Assembly (NCBI GenBank): GCA_017964755.1
Contig: JAGCRI010000130.1
Coordinates: forward strand, 1-63,720
Origin: Bacteroidales bacterium
GTDB taxonomy: Bacteria; Bacteroidota; Bacteroidia; Bacteroidales; WCHB1-69
DNA length: 63,720 bases
Reading direction: 5' to 3'
In this document: positions 34,101-42,025 of the stretch, one piece after another
Numbering within the stretch: the first letter of the stretch is position 1
How the letters are laid out: the number at the start of each line of letters is the position of its first letter
The notes under the pieces: generated by a model
Told to the model about the DNA's origin: nothing
The model's database searches: none
What the model saw: the letters and a program-made list of their open reading frames with translations, nothing else
Made by a program: the position numbers and the translations under genes

Positions 34101-36924
34101 CCAGCTTGACGTTATTCGCGTTTTCCGAAGAGGCAAAGTCAGCTTTCAGACAGAACGTGGACACGGGAATCGACGTGCTGCGGAGCTTGAACTTTGATTC
34201 AGTCGTTCCGCTCTGCGTCATGTGGAAGCCCTGTTTGAACTTCGGCTTGAAGTTTTTCACAGGATAACCAGCAGAAGACGTACCCTGAACGTCCATTTCA
34301 ACGCCGGTTGCGGTGAAGCTGTTTGCGGCGTTCGCGGGGTCCACATAAGTCACATTGATGCCTGTCTTCTTATCGCCCTTGTACTGCGGCAGCTCAGGAC
34401 AATCGAAGATCATATACGGCAGCGTCGGCGGCAGTTTTTCAAAAGAAACTTCCTCATTTGCGTTGAAGATATCGTTTCGGTGATAGGCTGCTTCGCGCTG
34501 TGCAAGCGTGGCCTGATCGTAGATATAGTTGTCAAGCTGCTCTGCTGAATTCAGACCTTTTCCGTAAATCCGAATGGAATACAGGTCTATGCCGCAGCTT
34601 TCAGCGCCGATGGTCAACCCTACCGGGTCAGCCTGTGCGAAGTTGTCATTTGCGGGGTACTGTGTCACACCGCACATCACGCCGTCAACGTAGATGTACA
34701 CGAGCCTGTTCTGGTTCCGGTTTTCAACAGCGAAGCAGACGCGGACGTGCGAATCTTCTTTAAACTGCATCGACACGCTGGACTGTTCGGAAGTCAGCGC
34801 CGCGTTTTGTGACGCAATCTTGAAGCCCCTTCCGCTCTCAAGACAAGAGATCACAACACTGTCATAGTCCTGCACGTCTCTCGTGGCAAACTCCGCTTCA
34901 ATCGTCAGACCGCTTGTTCTCGCATCGTCCGCAAACGCCTTGAATGGAATGGTCATGAAGTCGTTCGGGAGGAACCGAAGCGCAGTCTTTCCGTTTGCAT
35001 CGTCAACCCAGCCGTCAGCGCCGGTCCAGCCGAAGCCTTCAAAAGTTGCTGAATAACCGTGGTTGCTCCAGCTTGCAGGATTCTGTTCGTTGTTACTGCG
35101 CCCAGCCGCCGAAAATTCAAGCTGCAAAGCGTCTGTAACAGGTTCTATAATGATAGTTGATTCTGACACTGTGACTTCCTTTGTGACGGAAACAGCGCCG
35201 CAAGAAAGCACAAATTTGACGGTTCCTGACGGATAATCGCTGACGTTCCAAACCTGCGCGGTTCTGTCTACTGTGACCTCCGTATGCGCATAAACGGAAT
35301 CGTCGCTGTAAAGGACTTCTCTTGTAATAGTTGCGTTCTCCGTATCTGGATCATACACCATAAACGGAATTGCAAGCGTTTCGCCCTGTCTCGCTGTCGT
35401 AGTGCTGAACGGACAAAGGACAATCGTCGTGTTGCTTTGCGGGTCAATCCACATCATGCCGAGTGTAATCACGTTCGACATTACGCTGATTTCGTCCACG
35501 ATCATGGTCGCCCAACAGCGGAAGATGTGTGCGCCGTGATTCTGTTCCGGGATCGTGAACGACTGGCTTCTGTTATTGCTCGATACGGTTTCGGTGTCAA
35601 TTTCAACGCCATCCATTTCAAAGTGAATCGTCTTCACGCCGGTACCGGACGGTGTATAGTTAAATACAACATCGCCGTTGTAAATGCCAAGCTCGTCAAA
35701 CGTCGTAGAAACACTCAGCGTAATCACATTGATCTGATAAGTCAGCGTCCGCGAATTGCTTTCTGAATTCGTGACCTTCACCTTAACAGTGTTCGTACCC
35801 TGTGCCAGATAAGGCGTTACGTTGATCGCGTTGTTTCCTTGAGGGATGGACAGTGTAGCTTTGACCACGTTATTTACGATGATCGAGCCGATGCCGTTTC
35901 CGTCGTCATATTCGTCCGAGTCAACGGAGGAATAGCTGAATTGCAGCTCGACCTCTGCATTTTCTGATACACTGAACATTCTCGACGGAAGCAGGTTTGT
36001 GAGAGTGATCGCATACTCCGAGGTTTCACCGCCACCGCCACCGCCTCCGTGCGTGATAACAGTGACGCCATCACCAATCGGCGTGTCACCGCTCATGAGA
36101 TACAACTTTCCTTCTTCTTCGTTGAACCACAGGTTGTCGCCTTTTTCTTCGATTGCGGCATGAATGGCTGCGCTGTCAAGAGATTCTGCATAGGATTGAG
36201 CGTTTTGCGCCGCTTCTTCTGCGATTCCCTGCGCATCCTCGGCTTTACCCTGTGCGGTTTCGGCGGCTGTCTGAGCGTCTTCTGCCTTGCCTTGGGCGGT
36301 TTCCGACGCGGTTTGTGCTGCCTCTGCGCGTCCTTGTGCGGTTTCAGATGCCGTTTTTGCAGACGACGCAAGCCCCTCCGCTGTCTCCGCTGCCGTCTTT
36401 GCCGATTCAGCGTCGTTCTTGTGTTGAAGAGCTAACTGCTCATACCGAAGCGCTGCCGCAGCACTGTCACTTGCTTCACCGGCTTTTTGCGCTGCGGTTG
36501 CAGCATTGTTTCTGATCTCCTGTGCGCTCATGTTGAGATCGTTTACAAGTGCAATCAATTGATCAATCGTTGATTGTTCTGGGATCTCAATTTGATCTTC
36601 CCCACAAATAGCTTTAATGCTGCCTTTGACTGCAATCTTCATTGGAAGCGTTGCGTAAATATCTCCGGAAGTGATTCCGACATCAAGCAATCTAAATTGC
36701 AATGCCCACAGCGGGAGTTCAACGCTTCCGTCTGCGGGTACTGCTAATTCTCTCCATGTTTTATCTGGAAATACAATGCGTAAAAACATTGCGTTTTTTC
36801 TTTCGTCTTGAAAATCAATATTTACGACATAATCAACATTATCAGAAACAATCTCAAAATACTGACGAGAGTGGTTTTTAAAGTTTAAATGTTTGTCTTT
36901 GCAGACCAATTCAATTAACTGCAT
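31135..36924 (-). CDS. Giant (1929-aa) fibre/adhesin-like protein. It contains Ala-rich repeats like a side-tail-fibre N-terminus, a CotH-like domain, LRRs, Listeria-Bacteroides-type repeats and a WWLRS-type C-terminal domain
   Basis: AETAQGKAEDAQ repeats. CotH-like motifs DVQGTSSAGYPVKNFKPKF ... IDSRAKNMFLTTYDG..WLPLPYDFDTALG. LRR run LKELYVGNNELLKTIDLRNC.... YTVYFYNGSTLLQT.. repeats. C-terminal ..YMWWLRSA.. Confidence 0.6.
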   Translation of the reverse strand: MQLIELVCKDKHLNFKNHSRQYFEIVSDNVDYVVNIDFQDERKNAMFLRIVFPDKTWRELAVPADGSVELPLWALQFRLLDVGITSGDIYATLPMKIAVKGSIKAICGEDQIEIPEQSTIDQLIALVNDLNMSAQEIRNNAATAAQKAGEASDSAAAALRYEQLALQHKNDAESAKTAAETAEGLASSAKTASETAQGRAEAAQTASETAQGKAEDAQTAAETAQGKAEDAQGIAEEAAQNAQSYAESLDSAAIHAAIEEKGDNLWFNEEEGKLYLMSGDTPIGDGVTVITHGGGGGGGETSEYAITLTNLLPSRMFSVSENAEVELQFSYSSVDSDEYDDGNGIGSIIVNNVVKATLSIPQGNNAINVTPYLAQGTNTVKVKVTNSESNSRTLTYQINVITLSVSTTFDELGIYNGDVVFNYTPSGTGVKTIHFEMDGVEIDTETVSSNNRSQSFTIPEQNHGAHIFRCWATMIVDEISVMSNVITLGMMWIDPQSNTTIVLCPFSTTTARQGETLAIPFMVYDPDTENATITREVLYSDDSVYAHTEVTVDRTAQVWNVSDYPSGTVKFVLSCGAVSVTKEVTVSESTIIIEPVTDALQLEFSAAGRSNNEQNPASWSNHGYSATFEGFGWTGADGWVDDANGKTALRFLPNDFMTIPFKAFADDARTSGLTIEAEFATRDVQDYDSVVISCLESGRGFKIASQNAALTSEQSSVSMQFKEDSHVRVCFAVENRNQNRLVYIYVDGVMCGVTQYPANDNFAQADPVGLTIGAESCGIDLYSIRIYGKGLNSAEQLDNYIYDQATLAQREAAYHRNDIFNANEEVSFEKLPPTLPYMIFDCPELPQYKGDKKTGINVTYVDPANAANSFTATGVEMDVQGTSSAGYPVKNFKPKFKQGFHMTQSGTTESKFKLRSTSIPVSTFCLKADFASSENANNVKLVDCYEQNCPYHTPPQQEDDRVRQGIDGIPIVVFWKDSNNDVHFVGKYNFNNDKSTANVFGFTADYPNAESWEFKNNTSNRCLLKVSDYTGNWLDDFEARYPEDNESYTQLKRVTDWIVSTDRDAVQDAEDKAARLAKFTSEFEDYFVKSATLFYYLFTEVFLMIDSRAKNMFLTTYDGTHWLPLPYDFDTALGINNEGVLSFDYDLEDTDTVGGANVFNGQTSVLWRNVRDAFGSDLKSMYQTLRSGGTFSYSVLKQMFDAHQSVWPEAIWNEDAFVKYLKPYLIDGENYLSMLQGSKESQRDWWLYNAFKYRDSKYHAGDALNNYITLRCYALGDITVTPYSNIYPTIKYGSYTVTTRGKRNTAYTLVNPMDAMNDTEVYIYSADRIKSVGDLSGLQVGYANFAAATKLQSLKLGDSDANYENTNLKELYVGNNELLKTIDLRNCSALGTDTQKSVDFSGCASLEKVYAQGTALGGIELPNGGHVDELHYPSTLTNLTILNQKNLTTLTYEGLTSLTTLHIENTPNVDIEDIVNDAVALNRVRLIGVEWTATSALTLESTIDKLKACIGMDALGNNTAKAVVTGSVDVSEITEELLLDINENFPELEVVSGGVPIHVVSFYNDNTLLDTQVVQHGSDATAPSTNPTKEQTAQYTYTFSGWSGSLTNVTENRRLYAQFTQTVRTYTVYFYNGSTLLQTVNNVPYGGTATYTGETPVDPQGGDFLTFQPTGANITGTTNCYAQFTAVYEYAEITDSWQDILDAIDNGTYKAKYKVGNYKPIDFGSRGILNMQIVAFDADDLANGDGTAPITWISDNLMFHHMNPDISTDEQGYRIEGTGAIGGWNKCAMRSYLKETIKPLILQNVRNRIVEVTKSSVGYDTTGEIVLNELTSDDVWIPSAREIFGAEFGAETVGTVYNKVFNNSNLGSRIKKGANNNTAYMWWLRSARHQSRFASVSDSGGYASGSSSTTQPSRSNGVALGFCLGASNN

Positions 36925-37355
36925 TAGCTATCACCCCAATCAAGTGTGATTTTAATCTCCGGAGCGGCGTTATTATTTCCCCTATTTTGTAAATCCAACA
37001 CTCGCTTTGCAATCTCCTGAGACGCTTTAATTCTTGTTCCCATATCAACATCCAAGCCAAATTGGTCTTTAGCTGTTCCGTCAACAATGCTCCACCAGAA
37101 CTCAAACAACCGTCTTCCGGTTTCTTCTGCGTCTTGGTTGAGCTTATTCATGCGGTATCGTATTTCTTCCGCGATATAATTTTTATTAAGTAAAGCGTTT
37201 GCAGCTTGCGGCTTTGCTTTCTGCGTAAAACCAGCATCTGTAACTGCTTGTGTGTTGCTTTTTCCTTTTACTATTCCTTGTATAAATAGTTCTTCTTCTG
37301 GAGTTAATGGATGGCCTGTATTTGTTTTTGTTAGATTTTTTCTTGTTCTGGCCAT
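36924..37355 (-). CDS. terS: Terminase small subunit
   Basis: 143 aa with an N-terminal HTH-like segment LTPEEELFIQGIVKGKSNTQAVTDAGF, typical of TerS (P27/Terminase_2-like). Confidence 0.55.
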   Translation of the reverse strand: MARTRKNLTKTNTGHPLTPEEELFIQGIVKGKSNTQAVTDAGFTQKAKPQAANALLNKNYIAEEIRYRMNKLNQDAEETGRRLFEFWWSIVDGTAKDQFGLDVDMGTRIKASQEIAKRVLDLQNRGNNNAAPEIKITLDWGDS

Positions 37356-37672
37356 TCATTTCCCTCCCCGCCGTTTTCAGCTTTTATTTTATTCCACACT
37401 TCATTATCATCTGGTATTGGTATATTATTTATTTCATACCAATAATCTCTTAAAAATAATAATACTTGAATTGTAGAATATGCTTTGAATAATTCTATAT
37501 TCCGCGACTTTTGTTTTTCTTCATCCCATACTGCCTTTTTTATGTGATATACTGTTATGGGTCTTTGCTGTTTTTCTGAATACCATTGTGAGGTATTGTA
37601 TAATATCTTTTCTCCGCGCGAATTTATCGCTTTTTGCAGCTTTTTTATTAGCGTAATATTACTTGCTGCCAT
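37331..37672 (-). CDS. Hypothetical protein
   Basis: 113-aa ORF with RBS AAGGCGG. Confidence 0.45.
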   Translation of the reverse strand: MAASNITLIKKLQKAINSRGEKILYNTSQWYSEKQQRPITVYHIKKAVWDEEKQKSRNIELFKAYSTIQVLLFLRDYWYEINNIPIPDDNEVWNKIKAENGGEGNEWPEQEKI

Positions 37673-37686
37673 TTATTAAAACCGCC

Positions 37687-38640
37687 TTAAATCATATAAA
37701 TTTTGCTTTTCTCGTTAATAATACTGCCATCCTCATCTTGATATATTAAAGCGAATCCGGATTTTTGTGGCGCTGTGAGCTTTCCGTCCATATAATTCAT
37801 CTTATTGATATGCGCGAAAGCTCCTTGCTCAAGCAATCTAATGTTCCCGCTCATTGTATCGCCAACCTTATGCGTATGCGCCATCACAACACAATCAAAC
37901 GGTTCTTTTTCTGTATCTTGGAAATATTGTTTTGCTTTGTCTGCTGTAGCTAAAAAGTTAGAACGATATGCCATTGGATGCGCAAATATTGTTTTTCCAA
38001 TTCTACTGTGCCAATCGTTTACAAACTCAATGTCGATGGATTCAAATACTTCCTTTAGCGGCTCGTATTCTATTTTTGTCTTTTCCCGCTTGTTATAGTG
38101 CCTGAACCCATCGACAAAAATAAGTTCCAAAGAAGTGTCGGGCATAAGCTCTAATATATCTGTATCAAGATTCTTTGCAAAATAACTTGCGAATCTTTTA
38201 TCATGATTGCCATAATTGCAAACAACCCTCTTTGGCTGTAGATACTCAATTAAATCAATTAAATATTGCCGGCCTTGTATCAATTCCTCCATAGGAGAAA
38301 TTCGATACTGCTTTGGAAATTTACTCAGTGCCTGACAGTCAATTATATCTCCATTCAGTTGAAGAACATCCACGCCGCGAAATGCTGCCAACGATTCAAA
38401 ATCAAGCTGAAATGGAATGTGTAGATCAGACAGTGAAAGAATCTTTGTATAATTCTTTTCTTCTTTCTGTTCTTCAATAATCTGAATTAAACGGTACATT
38501 CCCCACATGCGCCGCCTAACTTCTGATTCTCCATACTGCTCGCCAAAGAGCTGTTTACTTAATTGATCAAACGGCGTGTCATCTGTTTTCAAAATCAGTC
38601 TGTTCTCCACCAAGGTTTTTGCTTGCTCGTAATTTAGCAT
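37687..38640 (-). CDS. Calcineurin-like metallophosphoesterase
   Basis: Motifs LSDLHIP, NGDIIDC, GNHDKR and MAHTH appear in canonical order. Confidence 0.7.
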   Translation of the reverse strand: MLNYEQAKTLVENRLILKTDDTPFDQLSKQLFGEQYGESEVRRRMWGMYRLIQIIEEQKEEKNYTKILSLSDLHIPFQLDFESLAAFRGVDVLQLNGDIIDCQALSKFPKQYRISPMEELIQGRQYLIDLIEYLQPKRVVCNYGNHDKRFASYFAKNLDTDILELMPDTSLELIFVDGFRHYNKREKTKIEYEPLKEVFESIDIEFVNDWHSRIGKTIFAHPMAYRSNFLATADKAKQYFQDTEKEPFDCVVMAHTHKVGDTMSGNIRLLEQGAFAHINKMNYMDGKLTAPQKSGFALIYQDEDGSIINEKSKIYMI

Positions 38641-38660
38641 TTATTCACCTCAATGAAAAG

Positions 38661-38713
38661 GGAAAAACAGTGATTGCCAGAAAGAGGTAAATAGAAGCAA
38701 CCACTGTTTTTCG
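38661..38713. terminator. Strong bidirectional rho-independent terminator
   Basis: 12-bp stem AACAGTGATTGC (38666-38677) / GCAACCACTGTT (38697-38708) with one mismatch, flanked by an A-run and a T-run. Confidence 0.7.
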
Positions 38714-38759
38714 AAAGGAGTGTTCCAAAATGAAAAGAAACTGTTTAATTTATCTGCGT

Positions 38760-39068
38760 CTACGACGCGCTGACGGTCGAACTCTCACTGCTCGGCGTTT
38801 GTACGAAATTCTCTGATGTGCTGCCATTATAATCACCACCAATAACTTGATTATAGCTGCTTTCATCAGAATCCTGGTCAATTTCAATTTCTTCAACCGG
38901 AAGTGTAGCATACCAGAGAAACAACCCCGCCATAGCAAGAATAATAAGCAACTCAACTAAAGCAATAATAAACCATCGTCTACCGTTTGCCTTTACTTCT
39001 CGTAGCATTTCTGTTGCCAACGGCTCTGTTTTTTCTGTAACCAGTCTTGGAATATTGTCGCTGTTCAT
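38760..39068 (-). CDS. Single-pass membrane protein with an acidic C-terminal tail (moron-like cassette)
   Basis: ATG 39068 follows GAGGT. The TM helix is WFIIALVELLIILAMAGLFLWY. The gene is bracketed by promoter 39095..39123 and terminator 38661..38713. Confidence 0.5.
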   Translation of the reverse strand: MNSDNIPRLVTEKTEPLATEMLREVKANGRRWFIIALVELLIILAMAGLFLWYATLPVEEIEIDQDSDESSYNQVIGGDYNGSTSENFVQTPSSESSTVSAS

Positions 39069-39094
39069 ATCATACCTCATTTCCTCTATTTATT

Positions 39095-39123
39095 ATTATA
39101 TACTATTTTTCACGAAAAGTAAA
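39095..39123 (-). promoter_or_regulatory. Sigma-A-type promoter (family member)
   Basis: The reverse complement reads TTTACT-17 nt-TATAAT. Confidence 0.6.
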
Positions 39124-39249
39124 TAGTTTTCGCATATTTTTATTTTTTATTTTTGCTTTTTTGTAGCAACACTGACCATAACCCAGCAATCGGGATTCCT
39201 TTGACTTCAACCTACGCCCGCAAAGTCTGCAAAAATTATATTCTTTCAT
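39103..39249 (-). CDS. 48-aa zinc-ribbon-like peptide (hand-called)
   Basis: ATGA overlap with the stop of 39246..39482. Translation: MKEYNFCRLCGRRLKSKESRLLGYGQCCYKKAKIKNKNMRKLFTFREK. Confidence 0.4.
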   Translation of the reverse strand: MKEYNFCRLCGRRLKSKESRLLGYGQCCYKKAKIKNKNMRKLFTFREK

Positions 39250-39482
39250 GACTTTACTGTAAAAAGTTCCTCTGAACGCTTTTGTGCGAGGATTCTGTCA
39301 ACTTCCATCATTAAAGGCTGAAAATGCAAGTCTTTTAACTTTTGTAGTTCTTTTTCAAGCTCTGCGCAGTGTCGAAGCGTTTTTTGATATTCTTCATTCA
39401 ACTGCTGATACTTGGATTCAAGAATACTATACGCAATATTTGCTTTGTCCAATGCTTTTCGCAAATTACATTTCATAGCCAT
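39246..39482 (-). CDS. Small coiled-coil protein
   Basis: 78-aa ORF with RBS GGAGGA. Confidence 0.5.
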   Translation of the reverse strand: MAMKCNLRKALDKANIAYSILESKYQQLNEEYQKTLRHCAELEKELQKLKDLHFQPLMMEVDRILAQKRSEELFTVKS

Positions 39483-39484
39483 TT

Positions 39485-39703
39485 TTATTCCTCCAATTCA
39501 TTTATCTGTCTTTCCAGATCTAATTTGGCACACTCTAAATCAAACAACTGTTCCCGCAAAATGCGCTCCCTACCTGCAAATACCTTTGACACATCCATAG
39601 AATGAACCGAGCAAAAAGTTGGATTTTTAAGCTGCTTTTTTGTTATTTTCAAATCGCGTTTAACCTCTTGCAAACTCTTCTGCAATTGTTCTAATGATTG
39701 CAT
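39485..39703 (-). CDS. Small coiled-coil protein
   Basis: ATG 39703 (MQSLEQLQ) lies 6 nt after GGGAGGG. Confidence 0.45.
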   Translation of the reverse strand: MQSLEQLQKSLQEVKRDLKITKKQLKNPTFCSVHSMDVSKVFAGRERILREQLFDLECAKLDLERQINELEE

Positions 39704-39821
39704 AGATAGCCCTCCCAACTTTTCTTTCAAATTTTACAAGTTTGTCCTCAATCGCAATACCAAAAACAATTACAGAAAACCCAATAAGAAAAAACCAAAT
39801 AAAACCAGACGCAGTGAACAT
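39660..39821 (-). CDS. 53-aa membrane peptide (hand-called)
   Basis: TAATG overlap with the stop of the upstream gene. Translation begins MFTASGFIWFFLIGFSVIVFGIAIEDKL... Confidence 0.35.
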   Translation of the reverse strand: MFTASGFIWFFLIGFSVIVFGIAIEDKLVKFERKVGRAIYAIIRTIAEEFARG

Positions 39822-40018
39822 TATTTACACCCCTTTCTATATTGATTCCAAATTTTTCGAATGTCTATGCTTGTGTATTTTCCACTCCATGTTTTGCAAT
39901 AAGTTCGACAGTCTCTTCCAGCAAGTCGCTGCTCAACTGTTCCAACGACTTTTCCAGTTTCGTCAAATACCCAGTAAATATTTGCGTAGTTTGTTTGATT
40001 TACCAGCTTAACTTCCAT
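39821..40018 (-). CDS. Hypothetical protein
   Basis: 65-aa ORF with RBS AAAGAGG. It is the first gene after promoter 40055..40083. Confidence 0.45.
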   Translation of the reverse strand: MEVKLVNQTNYANIYWVFDETGKVVGTVEQRLAGRDCRTYCKTWSGKYTSIDIRKIWNQYRKGCK

Positions 40019-40054
40019 AATGTTTTTACCTCTTTCTTTTTATTTTGTGTCTTC

Positions 40055-40083
40055 ATTATAAACGATAATTTTGAAAAAGTCAA
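40055..40083 (-). promoter_or_regulatory. Sigma-A-type promoter (family member)
   Basis: The reverse complement reads TTGACT-17 nt-TATAAT. Confidence 0.65.
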
Positions 40084-40101
40084 TAGTTTTTTATAAAAAT
40101 T

Positions 40102-41022
40102 TCAAAAAAGTTTTTCAAGCACAATCGGCACAGCAAATTGCTCGTCTCGATAGCCTAATTTAATTCCTCTTTCCCATTCTCTAATATGGCGCATTGCTTC
40201 CACTAATTCCGTATCAGTATATACATTTATATATTCCTTTTTGATTTTGTTTATCAACCACGGCTGCAATCCAGTCGCTTTTGCTATATCGTTTCCTTCG
40301 TATGACTGCACTTGAAGCGTCTGTTTAATATTATTGTATAATACAGATAGAATAACCAGAGTACTTTCTCCAACGGCTTTGCAATCTTCATACAACTCAA
40401 AAGATAGATTCATATAGCCCTTCATCACAGCATCTACAAAGTCAAAAATAGCGTCTTTTGGTGGTCTATATATGACTCCGGTCTTTACTGCTTCGTCAAA
40501 CGATCCTCCGAGCCTTTTCAGCTTATCAATCTCCAAGAGGATTCTGCCATAATTGCTTTCGCAAAGTTCAATCAATGTGCTACATTCTTTTTCGGATAAA
40601 TCAATTTCACGTTGAATATATTTAATAAGTACCGGCTCCGCCAGCGGCTCAAACTCAACAAAACGATCCTTGAATGTCTTATAAAACTTTGTTCTTTTAT
40701 CCGGATTTGTCAACAATAAAATCAACACATTATCGCACAAAATTCCAGCTTTTAAAGCGTTTTGTACCTTATCTAATGTAATTATATCTTTGTCATCTCG
40801 AATTACATATACCACCGAATTTTGCACAAAAGAACGAGCCTTCAAAGTCTGATAAATATCAGCAAATGCGTTAATGCGCTTTATATTACATTTCTTTGCT
40901 TTTGCAATCTGTTTAATATAAATATCTTGAACAGCCCATTCATCGCCTGTAAACACATAAAAATCGAGCAATTCGCCGCTTTTAATCTGCTTCTTTACTT
41001 CTGCAACCGTCACGTCATCCAC
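40102..41022 (-). CDS. holA: DNA polymerase III delta (HolA)-like clamp-loader subunit
   Basis: 306 aa. The N-terminus ..IKSGELLDFYVFTGDEWAVQDIYIKQI fits the HolA pattern. The gene follows the delta'-like and gamma/tau-like genes. Confidence 0.55.
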   Translation of the reverse strand: MDDVTVAEVKKQIKSGELLDFYVFTGDEWAVQDIYIKQIAKAKKCNIKRINAFADIYQTLKARSFVQNSVVYVIRDDKDIITLDKVQNALKAGILCDNVLILLLTNPDKRTKFYKTFKDRFVEFEPLAEPVLIKYIQREIDLSEKECSTLIELCESNYGRILLEIDKLKRLGGSFDEAVKTGVIYRPPKDAIFDFVDAVMKGYMNLSFELYEDCKAVGESTLVILSVLYNNIKQTLQVQSYEGNDIAKATGLQPWLINKIKKEYINVYTDTELVEAMRHIREWERGIKLGYRDEQFAVPIVLEKLF

Positions 41023-41837
41023 GCCCTTCTAATATTCAAAATCCAATTATCAACGAGCATTTGCTTATTCAATGACGCATTTTTTAAATCAGAAAAAGCC
41101 TTGCTTGTTACCTTAACCCATTCAACATATCTTTTATCTTTTTCCTGTTTATATCGTTTTGCACAAATAACCATGAAGCACTTGAAAAACAAACCTAAAT
41201 CAATTTTATCTTCGTCAGAATCTTTAATTTTCAGTTTTTCCGCGATTTTGAAAGAATTAGCTCCACTCACCTCTGCAATGTTGTTTACAACCAGCTCGAC
41301 AAAATCATAAAATTCTAAAATCTTATATTTTTCTGCTAATAAATCGACCTCATCGGGAGTTTCGCAAACATTCAAAACAATTTCATTCTCATCGTCTGTA
41401 AATCTATATTTACCATCAATGTACTGCTGCAGTTCTTGCGAGGAATAGTGATCCATCTGATAGATAGCTGCTCGGGATCTCAGCGTTTTTAACAGATTGT
41501 TTTTATCTGCTACACCAATAATGATATAAGCGTTATTCTGCGGTTCTTCAGTCACTTTCAACATTGCATTTTTCGCTTGCAAAGAAACATTATCAAAATT
41601 TAAAAGCGCATATACAGTTGGATTTCTTTGAATATAGGCGTCTTTTATGATTTCTCGAACTTCATCAACCTTTGGAGAATCTACAGTAATACAAGTGCAT
41701 TTCAATTTATCTGCAATATAATTAACAAGCTCTTTTTTATCCATTTCCCCCGCTCCGCTGATAACAGAAAATCGTGGAAAGTTCTTATTATCAAGCTGCC
41801 GTTCGATTATTCTTTTTAATTCTCGCTGACCAATCAA
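41010..41837 (-). CDS. holB: Clamp-loader delta'-like AAA+ subunit with a degenerate P-loop
   Basis: 275 aa with RFSVISGAGEMDKKEL replacing the Walker A motif and TLRSRA (SRC-like). The gene is adjacent to the dnaX-like gene. Confidence 0.5.
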   Translation of the reverse strand: MIGQRELKRIIERQLDNKNFPRFSVISGAGEMDKKELVNYIADKLKCTCITVDSPKVDEVREIIKDAYIQRNPTVYALLNFDNVSLQAKNAMLKVTEEPQNNAYIIIGVADKNNLLKTLRSRAAIYQMDHYSSQELQQYIDGKYRFTDDENEIVLNVCETPDEVDLLAEKYKILEFYDFVELVVNNIAEVSGANSFKIAEKLKIKDSDEDKIDLGLFFKCFMVICAKRYKQEKDKRYVEWVKVTSKAFSDLKNASLNKQMLVDNWILNIRRAWMT

Positions 41838-42025
41838 TCTTCATACCTCCCGCGATAGTTATCAACTGTCGAATATGCTTCCCCAATTTCAGGAAATTCA
41901 AAATCACCGCACTGATAATCTTCACGACAAACCCTATCTTTCTTTTTACAGTATACCCCTGTCGGGATCACAGTATAAACCAATTTTTCGCAGTGCTTAC
42001 AATAAATACACAATTTATTCTCCAT
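41834..42025 (-). CDS. Small Cys-rich (zinc-ribbon) protein
   Basis: CIYCKHC ... YCKKKDRVCREDYQCGDFEF. Confidence 0.4.
   Translation of the reverse strand: MENKLCIYCKHCEKLVYTVIPTGVYCKKKDRVCREDYQCGDFEFPEIGEAYSTVDNYRGRYED

Noticed and set aside
38730-38816. Plus-strand mini-ORF (28 aa) with an AAAGGAG RBS next to the bidirectional terminator
   Set aside because: The peptide is Arg-rich and overlaps the 3' end of a minus-strand gene. It would be the only plus-strand gene in the genome, so it is most likely fortuitous.
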